From Candidatus Heimdallarchaeota archaeon (lineage in GTDB: Archaea > Asgardarchaeota > Heimdallarchaeia > Hodarchaeales > Hodarchaeaceae), in the NCBI GenBank assembly GCA_011364965.1, contig RDOB01000005.1:128001-192000 (forward strand): a stretch of 64,000 bases of DNA, in the 5' to 3' direction. The stretch's first letter is position 1; each line of letters begins with the position of its first letter. Shown here piece by piece: positions 50,493 to 61,422 of this stretch. Position numbers and translations under genes: made by a program. Under the pieces are notes generated by a model, which saw only the letters and a program-made list of their open reading frames with translations, had not been told where the DNA came from and ran no database searches.

Positions 50493-51323
50493 ATGAGTAC
50501 TACTAATAATAGACCTGGGATAACTATCTTGAGAGAATATATGCCAGAGATCACGAATGTAAAAACTCTATCTTTAATTGGGATTTCAACTGGAATAGCG
50601 TTGCTAATCGCTCATTTTTTAAATACGATAGATTGGTGGGTCCCATTACTCGTAGCCATTATTGCCAATCTAGCAAGCTTTTGGACTATGGCTCGAATTT
50701 CTCTGAATGCGGAGAAAATTCGAATAACTTATCGTAAAAAATATACTACACGGGCATATGCAAAATTTTTCTATCATTATGTAATTCCAGTTATTCCCCC
50801 GAATATGCTGGTTATCTTTCAGATTATTATGGTCGAAAATAACACATTTTTCAAGATGATTTACCCCTCATATGCCTCTAACATTCTTTATCAAGCAATA
50901 ATACCATGGCAGCTCGCTGTACCATTAGGCATTTTTTTAATTGGATTATATGCCCTTATGAGTCGAGATCCTGTCAATGGGGGTTTTGCTATAGACACTG
51001 AGCTCTTTCTTTATATAATCTATCCAGAAAAGGCTAGAAAATTACAGAGAGGAGTATATGAGTATATCCGCCATCCACACTATGCTGAGGGAGTGTATAT
51101 GTGTTTTGGATTCGCACTGCTTTCTCAGAACATCATAGCACTTATTTTCGCTTCCCTATTTCTAATAAGCTATTATGGGATAGCTAGAGTAGAGGATCAA
51201 GAACTAATAAGGAGATATGGTGCATCGTTTGAGAAGTATGTTAAAACTCATCCATGTTTTATACCCAAGAGAAAGGATTTGCAGTCATTTATAAAGCTCA
51301 TTTTTTTAGGGGAAATAGAATGA
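50493..51323 (+). CDS. ICMT/PEMT-family membrane methyltransferase
   Basis: GVYEYIRHPHY, EDQELIRRYG..F..Y...P.FIP. Confidence 0.85.
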   Translation: MSTTNNRPGITILREYMPEITNVKTLSLIGISTGIALLIAHFLNTIDWWVPLLVAIIANLASFWTMARISLNAEKIRITYRKKYTTRAYAKFFYHYVIPVIPPNMLVIFQIIMVENNTFFKMIYPSYASNILYQAIIPWQLAVPLGIFLIGLYALMSRDPVNGGFAIDTELFLYIIYPEKARKLQRGVYEYIRHPHYAEGVYMCFGFALLSQNIIALIFASLFLISYYGIARVEDQELIRRYGASFEKYVKTHPCFIPKRKDLQSFIKLIFLGEIE

Positions 51324-51488
51324 GATTATGACACAGAGGGTCACTGTGATTAAGAATAGTTGACTCATTCAACAATTCCTTGTTTTAGCAACAGATAAGT
51401 TATTCAGACTGCTACAGAATACAGACTAATTCATTTAGTTTCTCATGGGGAACTTGTGATTTTATTCTTCTAAGAAAAGAAGATGCAT

Positions 51489-52721
51489 TTATATTGAATT
51501 TAGGGGAAAATGACAAGCTACATAATGATTTGGAAATAATTCTCTCAATTCTGGTTCTTCAGTTTCGCAATAAGGAAATTTAGCATAAGTACAACGTGGA
51601 TGGTAACGACAGCCAGGGGGAGGATGCACTGCATCAGGAACCTCCCCCTTAGGCAGGTTATAGGCTTTATCTCCGGGAATAGGAGTAGGTATAGCTTCGA
51701 TGAGAGCTTTAGTATAGGGATGCAGGGGATTTTTGAATATAGAATCTATACTGCCCATTTCAGCGACTTTACCCACATACATTACACTAATCCTATCACC
51801 AAAATGCCTAGCTGTTGCCAGATCATGAGTAATGAAAAGGATTGAAATGTTATGAGTCTCTTGGAGAGATTTTAACGAATCAAGGATACCTGCACGCAAA
51901 CTGACATCTAACATACTTGTTGGTTCATCAGCAATGAGTAATTCAGGATTCAATATTATCGCTCGCGCAATATTAGCCCGTTGTCGTTCTCCTCCACTAA
52001 CTTCATGTGGATATTTAAAGTAATATTGAAGAGCAGGAGAAAGACCAACTTCTGTGAATAAATCTAGTACACGAGGGTCAGCAATTTTCTTCTTTTGGAT
52101 CAAGGAGTAATTAACATATATCCCTGATGCTAATGTAAATAAAAGTGCAGCAGTTATTGCAATGAGAAAGCCACTAGATGCATCGAGCATAAAAGATATT
52201 ATAAATAAAAAGATTGAGAATAAGGCACTAATAAATAGAATAATTTCAGATTTAAATGCATTCTTTAAACGTTTGAGTGTAATTTTATCTTGTACACGAT
52301 TATGAATTATTAAGGAATGAAGAACAGAATCACCCAATCTCATTCGGGGGCTTAGGGCCGAGTAGGGATTCTGAAATACTATTTGAGATTTAATATCCTT
52401 AATTTTAGGTTTAAGGTCCTGATATGAAATCAAATTATCTTTCCATTTGAATGAACCAGCTGTTGGCTCTTCTAATCCCACGAGTATGTTCGCAGTAGTT
52501 GTTTTTCCACATCCACTTTCCCCAACGAGACAGAAAATTTCCCCTCTATTTATTGTAAAACTAATATCATCAATTGCATGTACATAATCCTTTTGAGTTG
52601 GCAAGATGCGTTGAATAATCCCACCTTCAACTGGAAAATATTTCTTCAAATTGATGATTTCAAGTAAAGGGGTTCCTGATTGTATGTTTAATTCTGGTTC
52701 CAATTTTATCACAGTTTTCAA
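51489..52721 (-). CDS. oppF: Oligopeptide/dipeptide ABC ATPase (OppF/DppF) with a hydrophobic insertion
   Basis: GESGCGKTT, YPHEVSGGERQR, DEPTS, HPYT, GCRYHPRC, VACH. Confidence 0.9.
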   Translation of the reverse strand: MKTVIKLEPELNIQSGTPLLEIINLKKYFPVEGGIIQRILPTQKDYVHAIDDISFTINRGEIFCLVGESGCGKTTTANILVGLEEPTAGSFKWKDNLISYQDLKPKIKDIKSQIVFQNPYSALSPRMRLGDSVLHSLIIHNRVQDKITLKRLKNAFKSEIILFISALFSIFLFIISFMLDASSGFLIAITAALLFTLASGIYVNYSLIQKKKIADPRVLDLFTEVGLSPALQYYFKYPHEVSGGERQRANIARAIILNPELLIADEPTSMLDVSLRAGILDSLKSLQETHNISILFITHDLATARHFGDRISVMYVGKVAEMGSIDSIFKNPLHPYTKALIEAIPTPIPGDKAYNLPKGEVPDAVHPPPGCRYHPRCTYAKFPYCETEEPELRELFPNHYVACHFPLNSI

Positions 52722-52747
52722 TTAATTTTCAAGTAATCAGCATATGA

Positions 52748-53800
52748 TCATTTTTGGTCGAATAGATGTCCATATCGATCATCGTAAATGAAACATTTGA
52801 CCTTATGCTGAACTCCATTCTCAAAATTAAGGTTGATCGATTGAGGTTTTTTAGAATGACAAATATCTTGGCTATATGAACATCTATCAGCAAAACAGCA
52901 AATCAGCGGGGGATTTCTTAAGTCTGGGGGGTGTCCAGGAATAAAGCTCAATAACTTCTTTTCTTCATCTTTTACATTCGGAATTGCTTCAATTAAAGCC
53001 CGAGTGTAAGGATGAGCAGCATTTTGAAAAATTGTTTGAGTATCCCCAATCTCTAATATCTGTCCAGCATACATAATAGCCACACGGTTTGTTATTTCGG
53101 CGACAATTCCCAAATCGTGTGTTATATACAAAACAGTTAAGTCATATTCTTTAATAATTTCCTTGAGAATTTCCAATAAGCGTGCTTGTACTAATACATC
53201 TAGCGCGGTTGTTGGTTCATCTGCAATAATTAATTTTGGATTCAAAATAAGTGTTAAAGCAATAACTATACGTTGTTGCATGCCCCCTGAAAATTGAAAT
53301 GGATAATCCTCTAACCGTGACTCTGGGATCTCCAAACGGTTAAGGAGCTCTAAAATTTTCTGCCAAGATTCATCATTCCACCGATAATGGGTTTTCAATG
53401 TATCTATGAAATGATTTAATACTTTCTGCAAAGGATTCAAAGCATTTTGAGAAGCCTGGAAAATCATTGACAATTCAGGCCCTCTGAGAAGTTGCATTTC
53501 TCCTTCAGGTATAGTTACTAAGTTAATATCGTTGAAAGAAATTTCTCCGCTTCGGATAACTCCTCCTTTTAGTAACTTTAAGATAGTAAATCCAAGAGAG
53601 CTTTTTCCACATCCTGATTCCCCAACAAGACCGAGAACTTCCCCTCTATAGAGAGTAAGAGAAACATCATCAATAGCTCTTACATTCCCTTCTTTGACTG
53701 GATATTCTACAATTAAGTTTTTAATTTCCAATAATGCCTTATTATAATAACGGTCATTACTTTGCGTTTTTCTGGCTGATGAGAGGATTGAACTTGTCAT
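52748..53800 (-). CDS. oppD: Oligopeptide/dipeptide ABC ATPase (OppD/DppD)
   Basis: GESGCGKS, YPFQFSGGMQQR, DEPTTALD, HPYT. Confidence 0.92.
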   Translation of the reverse strand: MTSSILSSARKTQSNDRYYNKALLEIKNLIVEYPVKEGNVRAIDDVSLTLYRGEVLGLVGESGCGKSSLGFTILKLLKGGVIRSGEISFNDINLVTIPEGEMQLLRGPELSMIFQASQNALNPLQKVLNHFIDTLKTHYRWNDESWQKILELLNRLEIPESRLEDYPFQFSGGMQQRIVIALTLILNPKLIIADEPTTALDVLVQARLLEILKEIIKEYDLTVLYITHDLGIVAEITNRVAIMYAGQILEIGDTQTIFQNAAHPYTRALIEAIPNVKDEEKKLLSFIPGHPPDLRNPPLICCFADRCSYSQDICHSKKPQSINLNFENGVQHKVKCFIYDDRYGHLFDQK

Positions 53801-54692
53801 TTAGCGCATCTCCTATTAATGATAATGAAAATGATAGTAAAAAGATCATAAGGCCTGGGAATAAAATCAACCAAGGATATGCACGGACTTTCACAAGAGC
53901 TCGTGAGTCATATACATCATAACCCCAATCCGCTGTTGGAGGGGAAATACCTAATCCCAAAAATGCTAGTCCTGCATTGGTTAGAATCGCATCTGTCATA
54001 TTAAACGGAATAATTGCAATAGTGGAAGCCAAGACATTTGGTGCTATATAGCGGATCAAGATTGTGATTCTTTTAGCTCCCATTGATCTTGCTGCTTTGA
54101 CGTAGCCTTCTTCTTTAATTTGCAATACTTGTGAACGTACAACCCGAAAATAAGTAGGGATGTAAACTACTGAAGTGGCAACAGCTACTGCAGATACGAC
54201 TTTTAAAACTCCAAATACTGATAGATATATAGCTAAAGTTATTGCAAGCAATAATGAAGGAAATGAATAAATTGAATCCGCAATGAGAGTAAAAAGGCGG
54301 TCAATTTTACCACCAAAATACCCAGAAATGATTCCAAGGGGAACTCCTAGACTCAAAGACAGTATGGTCCCCGAAAAAGCAATAATTAATGCAACTTGTG
54401 ATCCATAAATCACCCGTGATAGAACATCAAATCCAAGTAAAGTTGTACCAAAGGGATGATCCTGTGATGGTGCTTCATATCGATCCCCCGAACGTTCTGC
54501 ATAACCGTATGGAGCAAGGAAATCTGCAAATAATGCCATAATTACTATTATAGAAAGAATGAACATCCCTACTGTAAAGGATTTATTCTGCCTCAAGAAA
54601 GAAAAAATGCTTAGAATGATGTTTTTTTGACCATTTGTAGTTCTAGTTTCCCGTATGCTTAAATCCATAATATTTTTCTCCTTGCTTTTCAA
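53757..54692 (-). CDS. dppC: Oligopeptide/dipeptide ABC permease (OppC/DppC)
   Basis: HPFGT..G.D.LSR, YVKAARSMGA EAA loop, FLGLG..PP.ADWG. Confidence 0.92.
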   Translation of the reverse strand: MKSKEKNIMDLSIRETRTTNGQKNIILSIFSFLRQNKSFTVGMFILSIIVIMALFADFLAPYGYAERSGDRYEAPSQDHPFGTTLLGFDVLSRVIYGSQVALIIAFSGTILSLSLGVPLGIISGYFGGKIDRLFTLIADSIYSFPSLLLAITLAIYLSVFGVLKVVSAVAVATSVVYIPTYFRVVRSQVLQIKEEGYVKAARSMGAKRITILIRYIAPNVLASTIAIIPFNMTDAILTNAGLAFLGLGISPPTADWGYDVYDSRALVKVRAYPWLILFPGLMIFLLSFSLSLIGDALNDKFNPLISQKNAK

Positions 54693-55750
54693 TACGTAAT
54701 TCTAGGGTCAAGTAGTGCATATAAAACATCCCCAATCACGCTGACTATACTAACAATAATAACAAAGAGTACCATAACACCTTGGACAGCTGGAAAGTCT
54801 TTCTCTTGCAAGGATTGAAACAAAAACCTCCCTAATCCAGGAATATTAAATGTTGTCTCTGTTAAAATAGCTCCCGCGAGTAACAATGCAAATTGAAGAC
54901 TTATTAATCCAATAGTTGGCACAACAGAATTTTTAAGGGCATATCTGTATTTTACAACATTTTCAGGAATACCTCGTGCTCGTGCGAAATGGACATACTC
55001 CTGTTCAAGATGATAAATCATATTTGTTCTAACTTGCCGAGCTATTACCCCTGCGATCAGCATTCCAAGAGCAAGACTTGGCATCAGTAAGTGGGTTAAT
55101 AAATCTAAGGTTAAATCTAACCGAAAGCTTAAAATTGTATCAATTAACCATATCTCAGTGTAATGGTTAAATTCTCCAGTATTTCCTGCATCCATTAAAG
55201 AAACAGGAGGAAATATTTCTTTTAAAATTGCATATATTGTAGGATTCCCTCTGAATATATCTGGGATGAAATAGGAGAAAAACATCTGCATAAATATGCC
55301 GACTAAAAAGATTGGAATAGAATAAATGCCAATAGTAAAAAGTCTAATGATATGATCCAAGTATCTTTCCCTGTGTGCGCCAGCTACACCCCCCATAACT
55401 ATCCCGAGAGGAACTCCAATCAATACTCCAAATACTGACAACATTAATGTAGGCCCAAAAGCAAGCCCTAGTTCTGTGGCAATATCAATGTTTGTACGAT
55501 AAGAAACTCCTAAATCAAATGTAATGGTTTTTATCAAAAAATCAAAATATTGTTCAATAAGTGGCCGTTCTAAACCCAAACTTTCAGAAATTAACTCAAC
55601 TTGTTCATTAGTCAATTTAGGATTCATAACGAGAGCAGGATTAGCTCCTGGAAGAACCCGTAATAGAAAGAAAACGATAGTGACCAATAACCATATCATT
55701 GGAATTAAAAGAGCTATTCGTGTAATCACAAATCTAGTTAAAGACCCCAT
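54689..55750 (-). CDS. dppB: Oligopeptide/dipeptide ABC permease (OppB/DppB)
   Basis: LPG.NP, DLGVS, YVHFARARG, ETTFNIPGLG, DFPAVQG, LDPRI. Confidence 0.92.
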   Translation of the reverse strand: MGSLTRFVITRIALLIPMIWLLVTIVFFLLRVLPGANPALVMNPKLTNEQVELISESLGLERPLIEQYFDFLIKTITFDLGVSYRTNIDIATELGLAFGPTLMLSVFGVLIGVPLGIVMGGVAGAHRERYLDHIIRLFTIGIYSIPIFLVGIFMQMFFSYFIPDIFRGNPTIYAILKEIFPPVSLMDAGNTGEFNHYTEIWLIDTILSFRLDLTLDLLTHLLMPSLALGMLIAGVIARQVRTNMIYHLEQEYVHFARARGIPENVVKYRYALKNSVVPTIGLISLQFALLLAGAILTETTFNIPGLGRFLFQSLQEKDFPAVQGVMVLFVIIVSIVSVIGDVLYALLDPRITY

Positions 55751-56063
55751 GGTTGTTTCCTTCTCATGAATGGAAGTTCTACATGCTTCAAGATATTACG
55801 ATGAGTCTAATATCAATAAGAATGCTTTCTTCGAAGAAAATCCATCATTAGCAGCTTCCACTACCTCGCTTATAAAAAACGCGGATCTCTAAATATACTT
55901 CACAATTTCTCAATAATGGTATTATTCCAATAGAACCTTGTATTAGAAGACCAAAAATTGACTAAAAAAGTAATAGTCATTTTAAGATTGCAACTAGGGC
56001 AACTCTGATGTTAAAATAAGAAAAAAAGAAAAAAAAAGAAAGCTAATCACAGGGGTAACTAAC

Positions 56064-57692
56064 TTACTTTTTCCTTTTCAAGACAATTCCAATGGAGAAG
56101 ATAGCTATAAAGGCTGTTAAGAATTCAAACCCAGGTATACCAGCAGCACTTACATAAATTGAATTATAATGCAGGTTTTCCGAGGGTTCCAGTACAACCC
56201 CTTTTACACCTGGCTGCCATGCTGAGAATTGCGATAACATTGTGAACAATGGAATCAAAGGTACATCTTCAGCCATTAATTCTTGAGCACCGATCGTTGC
56301 ATCTAATCGATCATCAGCATCTGGATCAGTTAACATTGTATCTATGTATCCATCCATTTCAGTAGTGGAATAATTTGTTCCAAAACTCACTGCACCTGAA
56401 CCAACGAATGGATCCACATAATTACTTGGATCGGGGTAGTCAAACCACCAGCCTAATAGGTAGAAACCCATTGTTTGACGCTGATCGAGGTATTGAGACC
56501 ATTCTGTGTTGCTCACTGTTACATCAAAGAAGCCTGTCGCTTCAAATTGAGTTTTAAGGAGTAGTGCAACATCATCTTCTGTATCTCCATAATGAGTCGG
56601 AGTATACCATAACTCAAGATCAAATTTATTCGTATCTTTGACATAACCAGAGAGTGTCATGTTGCCTGCGACTGCATCTTGATCAGGACCTTCCATAAAA
56701 GCATCAACATGGCTTGAAAAAATGCCTGGGATCATACTGTATAATTCTACATTATAATTGTCGAATATTGTATCCACAATTTCTGTCCTGTTTACTGCTG
56801 CGGCGAGAGCTCGGCGAACATTGATATCATCATACATATCAACGTTAATAAGAATGTATCTTATACCAGCAGAGGATTTAGTGCCGTATTCGAGATCTGG
56901 ATTATCCATAATAGAATCCATTTCATCAGGACCAAATACACGATGCGCAACATCAATATCTCCGCTTTCAAGAGCTGCAAGCATAGTAGATGCGTCTGTA
57001 TAGAATTTAACGATTAACTTGTCATTCTTTGGAGGATCACCAAAGTAGTATTCATTTGGAACGAGAATTATTTCTGTTCCTTTTGTCCACGTATCTACTT
57101 TATACGGTCCTAATCCGGCAGGAATCATATCAGGAGTACCTGATAATGCGTCCACTGGTAAGGAAATGGTACTAACTGGCCAAGCAACTGTATAAGTCAA
57201 TCGTTGCAGAAAAGTAGCGTCAGGAAATTGTAAGTAAACTTTAAATGTATCAATATCAACAGCTTCAGTCCGATTAATGACATCGGTAAGAAGAAATGCG
57301 GGTTCACCAGTGGGAAGGCCGAGGACACGATCAATATTCCATTTCATAGCAGTAGCGTTAAAAGCTGTGCCATCACTGAATTTAATGTCAGTTTTTAGCT
57401 CAAAAGTATATTCCATAGCGTTGGGACTGACACTATACGATTCAACTATTGGGCCTTTTTCAGCGTCAGTTGAATCAATGGGCATTTGCATAAGCCCGTG
57501 CGTGAGTTGAACGAGGATATTTGAAGAAAAATAGTCGTAAGCATCGGCGGGGTCTAAATCATCGATAGAATCAGTTGTTCCAATGACAACCTGTCCCCCT
57601 GCTGCTTGAACTGAAAGAGATTGAGAAGTAGCAAGTAATCCAACAAAGAATACTAAAAGCACGAGACTTGATAAAATTTTTCTTGACTTCAT
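56064..57692 (-). CDS. dppA: ABC substrate-binding protein family 5 (OppA/DppA) with a PGF-type C-terminal sorting tail
   Basis: Signal peptide, LDPA, KFSDGTAF, GLGPYK, DYPDP; ends IPGFEF-TM-KRKK. Confidence 0.92.
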   Translation of the reverse strand: MKSRKILSSLVLLVFFVGLLATSQSLSVQAAGGQVVIGTTDSIDDLDPADAYDYFSSNILVQLTHGLMQMPIDSTDAEKGPIVESYSVSPNAMEYTFELKTDIKFSDGTAFNATAMKWNIDRVLGLPTGEPAFLLTDVINRTEAVDIDTFKVYLQFPDATFLQRLTYTVAWPVSTISLPVDALSGTPDMIPAGLGPYKVDTWTKGTEIILVPNEYYFGDPPKNDKLIVKFYTDASTMLAALESGDIDVAHRVFGPDEMDSIMDNPDLEYGTKSSAGIRYILINVDMYDDINVRRALAAAVNRTEIVDTIFDNYNVELYSMIPGIFSSHVDAFMEGPDQDAVAGNMTLSGYVKDTNKFDLELWYTPTHYGDTEDDVALLLKTQFEATGFFDVTVSNTEWSQYLDQRQTMGFYLLGWWFDYPDPSNYVDPFVGSGAVSFGTNYSTTEMDGYIDTMLTDPDADDRLDATIGAQELMAEDVPLIPLFTMLSQFSAWQPGVKGVVLEPSENLHYNSIYVSAAGIPGFEFLTAFIAIFSIGIVLKRKK

Positions 57693-58467
57693 TTAGTCTT
57701 TCACCTGTTTGATATAACCCAGGGGTATCTGAGTTACACAAAGTTTAGGAAGGAATTCCCGTTAATAAACTTTTGCACCAAAATTGTCATTCCTCTCTCT
57801 TCGTTGTTTTTTAACAGCACTCCAAGAGTATTTCTCCTCCTTTCATTCTTTCTTACTTAAATTTATAAAGAAATAATCAAACAATTAGCTTTGTAATAAT
57901 TCATCGGGAGAATTATGCATTCATGGTTAGATTTAGTATCTATTGAAGGCATAGAGGAATTATTTCTATCCCTTGTCATTTGTTAGAGAGTTTTTCTTCT
58001 GATTCAATACATTACGAAGACCATTTTTAATATAAAATAGGAAGTGAAAGTTCAACTCGAAATAGATTATTTTCCTTAGTTAAACCTAGGAAAAAACAAG
58101 CTTAGGAATATTACCGTGAGAATGATGATCTCAAAGACAATAGAAAAAAAGCCAACTTTTTTATCATTATTTATTTGACACGTTTACCTCCCCCTTTAGA
58201 GCTTTAATAAGTACATTACGTGTTAAGAATAACATTTTATTCATTCTACTAATTTATAGGATAATTATTTTGTTGGTATTATTAAAAAGCACGTTTAATG
58301 CATAATTAGGGATTAACACCAGTTTTTGCAGTCTTGAGTGGACAAAAATAAGGAATTTCATCATGAATACCCTGAAAACAATGAAATTTTTTAATATAAA
58401 ATTAATGCAAAGTTCTGGTATCTCATTATTTAAAAAGAGGCTATTAACGAATCATATTTGAATTTCA

Positions 58468-59802
58468 ATGAAAAAATTTCAGTCCCGCACTCTAAAATTA
58501 CTAAAACCGATAGCTCAAACTGTTAGCATTTTATTTTTAATTACACTGAATGCAATAACTTACATTAATTTACAAACATCGTTATCGACATTAACCTCAA
58601 ATTCGTTTTCCATCCCAATTGCATCAAATTATAGAGAAACAAGCGCAGTAGTTATACAGGTAAATATAACCTATCGTGTCGAATCTGTAGGAGGATATTT
58701 GAATTTCATACGATTCTGGACACATCGTCTTGAGAGTCACAACAATTCGACTCAAATTGGAGTTGCTCCCATTCAAGAAAGTGAACTCCTATCCCTCGAC
58801 TATAATTTGATGAATGCTACACATAAAATTGATTATGGAGATGTTAATAATAATACTGTTGAGTATTTTGGATTTAATTTAACCAAGAACCAGAAATTTA
58901 AATATACTGCTATCTATCGAGTCCGACTTGCCGAATTAAAATGGCAAATCGAAAATGATATCTCTGAGAATACTGAAGGCAATTTTCTCGATGCTTATGA
59001 ACAACATGGGGTAAATATTTCCTCTCCTTGGTACCAACATCTCACACAGTCAGAAAATAATCTTGAAGCAAACAATTCAGAACTTGTCTCACTAACTTAC
59101 GAAATCTGTGAAGGGAAATCAACCCTTCAGGAAAAAATACAAGCTATTCTCTTGTGGTTACGAGATAACATAGCTGCAGAACCCACTGATCGGTCTCAGG
59201 GGGCATATCAAACTTATCTCCGGGGAATCGGTGATTGTAGTGATTATGCAACATTATTTGTTACTATGTTACGTATCCTCAAAGTACCAGCCCGAAAAAT
59301 AACTGGATTGCAGTTTTTACATATCCCTGATTCCTTCTATCCCCTCCGAGTCGGTGAATCTTTTAAATATTCAGGAGCTAAAATTGACTCCTATCAGTAT
59401 TATGCGTTATTTCCAGGACATGCATGGGCCGAGTATTATCATCCAGACTGCGGGTTTATTTCCTTAGATCCTACTTTTGCACGAACGAATCCCCAGAAAT
59501 ATACCAATTATATTGGGTATTATTATCTTACCTCGAATATTGGAGAAAACTATTACGAAGGGATTGAACCCCAGTTACCTTATCCATATACTGGCTGGGG
59601 AATGCTTCCTTATATCAAAGCAGCATCTACATCTTCCCTTCGGTGGAATTATACTGTCGAAGCTGTAGTGGAAGAAACGATGGGTTATGTCTGGATCCCA
59701 AAATTTCTATATTTGATCCGTGGTCTCTTTGTTACAGTGCCTATTTCTGGCTTGGTGTTTCTTATTTATAGATATTGGAAAAAAAGCAAGAAAAATGAGT
59801 GA
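58468..59802 (+). CDS. Membrane-anchored transglutaminase-like (cysteine protease) domain protein
   Basis: GDCSDYA...PARKITG, GHAWAEYY, SLDPT catalytic triad; N- and C-terminal TM helices. Confidence 0.88.
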   Translation: MKKFQSRTLKLLKPIAQTVSILFLITLNAITYINLQTSLSTLTSNSFSIPIASNYRETSAVVIQVNITYRVESVGGYLNFIRFWTHRLESHNNSTQIGVAPIQESELLSLDYNLMNATHKIDYGDVNNNTVEYFGFNLTKNQKFKYTAIYRVRLAELKWQIENDISENTEGNFLDAYEQHGVNISSPWYQHLTQSENNLEANNSELVSLTYEICEGKSTLQEKIQAILLWLRDNIAAEPTDRSQGAYQTYLRGIGDCSDYATLFVTMLRILKVPARKITGLQFLHIPDSFYPLRVGESFKYSGAKIDSYQYYALFPGHAWAEYYHPDCGFISLDPTFARTNPQKYTNYIGYYYLTSNIGENYYEGIEPQLPYPYTGWGMLPYIKAASTSSLRWNYTVEAVVEETMGYVWIPKFLYLIRGLFVTVPISGLVFLIYRYWKKSKKNE

Positions 59803-59834
59803 GCTTTGTTTTCCAATAGGTTAGATTCAGACAT

Positions 59835-60266
59835 TTAGAGGGGATACCAGCTAAGATAGAGAAAAGTTCCACTAATTACTAGAGTCAGCCAAAGAATGGC
59901 GGTTATTCGCATTAACAAAAATGTATTTTTAAACTTGAACTGGTCTGGAATCCTGTGTGGAAAACTCATCACCAATACGGTATAGAGAACCAGAAGAAAA
60001 GCGATTGCTCCGCCCATGCTATGCAAGAGAGGCAGAATCTCAAGTTGATTCAAAAGATTTGGCAGTACACTGAGTAACCGAAGATCCATATACAGAATCG
60101 CTAGGAAATTAAGAATAAGGAGCCCCCAGATAACTTTGTGGTGAAATTTGAATTTTTTTTGAAATGCCAGATACCAAGCTACAATGAGCCCCACAAACAC
60201 AATCCAATTGAGAATTAAACTTAAATCTGAAAGAACTAAAGCATTTGGATTAAATAAACCAACCAT
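59835..60266 (-). CDS. DUF420-like four-TM membrane protein
   Basis: KKFKFHH, conserved His (LHSMGG), LMRIT..LW. Confidence 0.65.
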   Translation of the reverse strand: MVGLFNPNALVLSDLSLILNWIVFVGLIVAWYLAFQKKFKFHHKVIWGLLILNFLAILYMDLRLLSVLPNLLNQLEILPLLHSMGGAIAFLLVLYTVLVMSFPHRIPDQFKFKNTFLLMRITAILWLTLVISGTFLYLSWYPL

Positions 60267-60470
60267 ATATACAACTCCTTTATAGATAAATCTAAATAAG
60301 TACTAAGCTGTAGTTTAAATAAGTAATGGAACAGAATGGACTTTCTCAATCATGTAGTGACTAACAAAATCACATTTCTTTAAAGGTCGAGGTCAAAAAA
60401 ATCATCAAGATCTTTATCTAATTCAGAAGATTTTCTTATATTACGAAATCAAATAGTAAGATGAAAGATT

Positions 60471-61253
60471 ATGTTTGATCAAAGACTTAAATTCGCTTCT
60501 TCTCGTAAAAAGACAGTGTTTCAAATCCTTTTCATCAATTTCATCATTCTCATTATTGCGTTTTTTGTAGCATATTTTATAATCGAACCCCTTACAACCC
60601 CCAAGAAAATGGATAACCCTTTAGTTGCATTTGGCGATTTAATAATCATTCTATTCGTCATTTCAGTTTTAATCGGCATTATAACCATAAATACGTACTT
60701 ACTTGCTAGATATTATCAAACAAAGTATTCCTCAAGTCCTCCTCAAGAGATCTTTCAATCCACAGAGATTCAATTCCTAGAATCAATACGACATAAGGTA
60801 ATAATAGGATTAGATAATATTAAAAATGAGTACCTAGAACCATATGTTATATCGGAACCACTTCCTCTAGAATCTGGATCAGCTGGGGTATATGATTATT
60901 TTCCCTCTGAAATTCAAACTGAAATTCAAACCCTGATGAAGAGTAAAACAATATTTACCCTCATTGAAGTTGCTTATCAAGATCCCAGAGCCACAAATCC
61001 TGTAAATATTGCTAAAAGCTTAAATATTCCTCTATCCTCTCTCTCGAGAGAAATCAAAAAATTAATTGATTTGAATTATCTAGAAAAGTCTATAACGGAA
61101 GCTGTGATCAAAGATGCTCGATTGAGGAATTATAAAATAACCCCTAAAGGCTATTATTTTCTTTCTCAGCTGAATAGTGCATTGAAAACGACAATTGAGC
61201 GTTTAAAAATCCGTCAGACGAAAAAACTCCCATTGATAGAAGAGACCCTCTAA
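60471..61253 (+). CDS. Membrane-anchored winged-HTH (MarR/ArsR-like) regulator
   Basis: Two N-terminal TM helices; NPVNIAKSLNIPLSSLSREIKKL...DAR...YKITPKG. Confidence 0.75.
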   Translation: MFDQRLKFASSRKKTVFQILFINFIILIIAFFVAYFIIEPLTTPKKMDNPLVAFGDLIIILFVISVLIGIITINTYLLARYYQTKYSSSPPQEIFQSTEIQFLESIRHKVIIGLDNIKNEYLEPYVISEPLPLESGSAGVYDYFPSEIQTEIQTLMKSKTIFTLIEVAYQDPRATNPVNIAKSLNIPLSSLSREIKKLIDLNYLEKSITEAVIKDARLRNYKITPKGYYFLSQLNSALKTTIERLKIRQTKKLPLIEETL

Positions 61254-61422
61254 GTAAAAAATCCTTCCATTTTTGGTAGGATTGTGGTTTTTTTTATATT
61301 CGACAGAAAGAGAGGCTTTTACTTGAAAGTCTCGGATTTACTGAAGATTCAAAGTAATTCGGATTCAAATATTTCAAAATTAAAGGTTAATTGCCTTCTA
61401 AGAGTCAATGAGGAATTAAAAA

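Noticed and set aside
14427-51323. Yeast a-factor-like pathway (prenyltransferase, Ste24-like protease, ICMT and peptide)
   Set aside because: The micropeptide has no Cys or CaaX, the genes are scattered, two ICMT copies are interrupted, and the repeat protein has a cyclase-type DxDTT motif.
57693-58467. Long intergenic region as a possible replication origin or ncRNA
   Set aside because: No repeated ORB-like boxes, no adjacent orc1/cdc6 and no GC-rich structured segment; consistent with divergent promoters.
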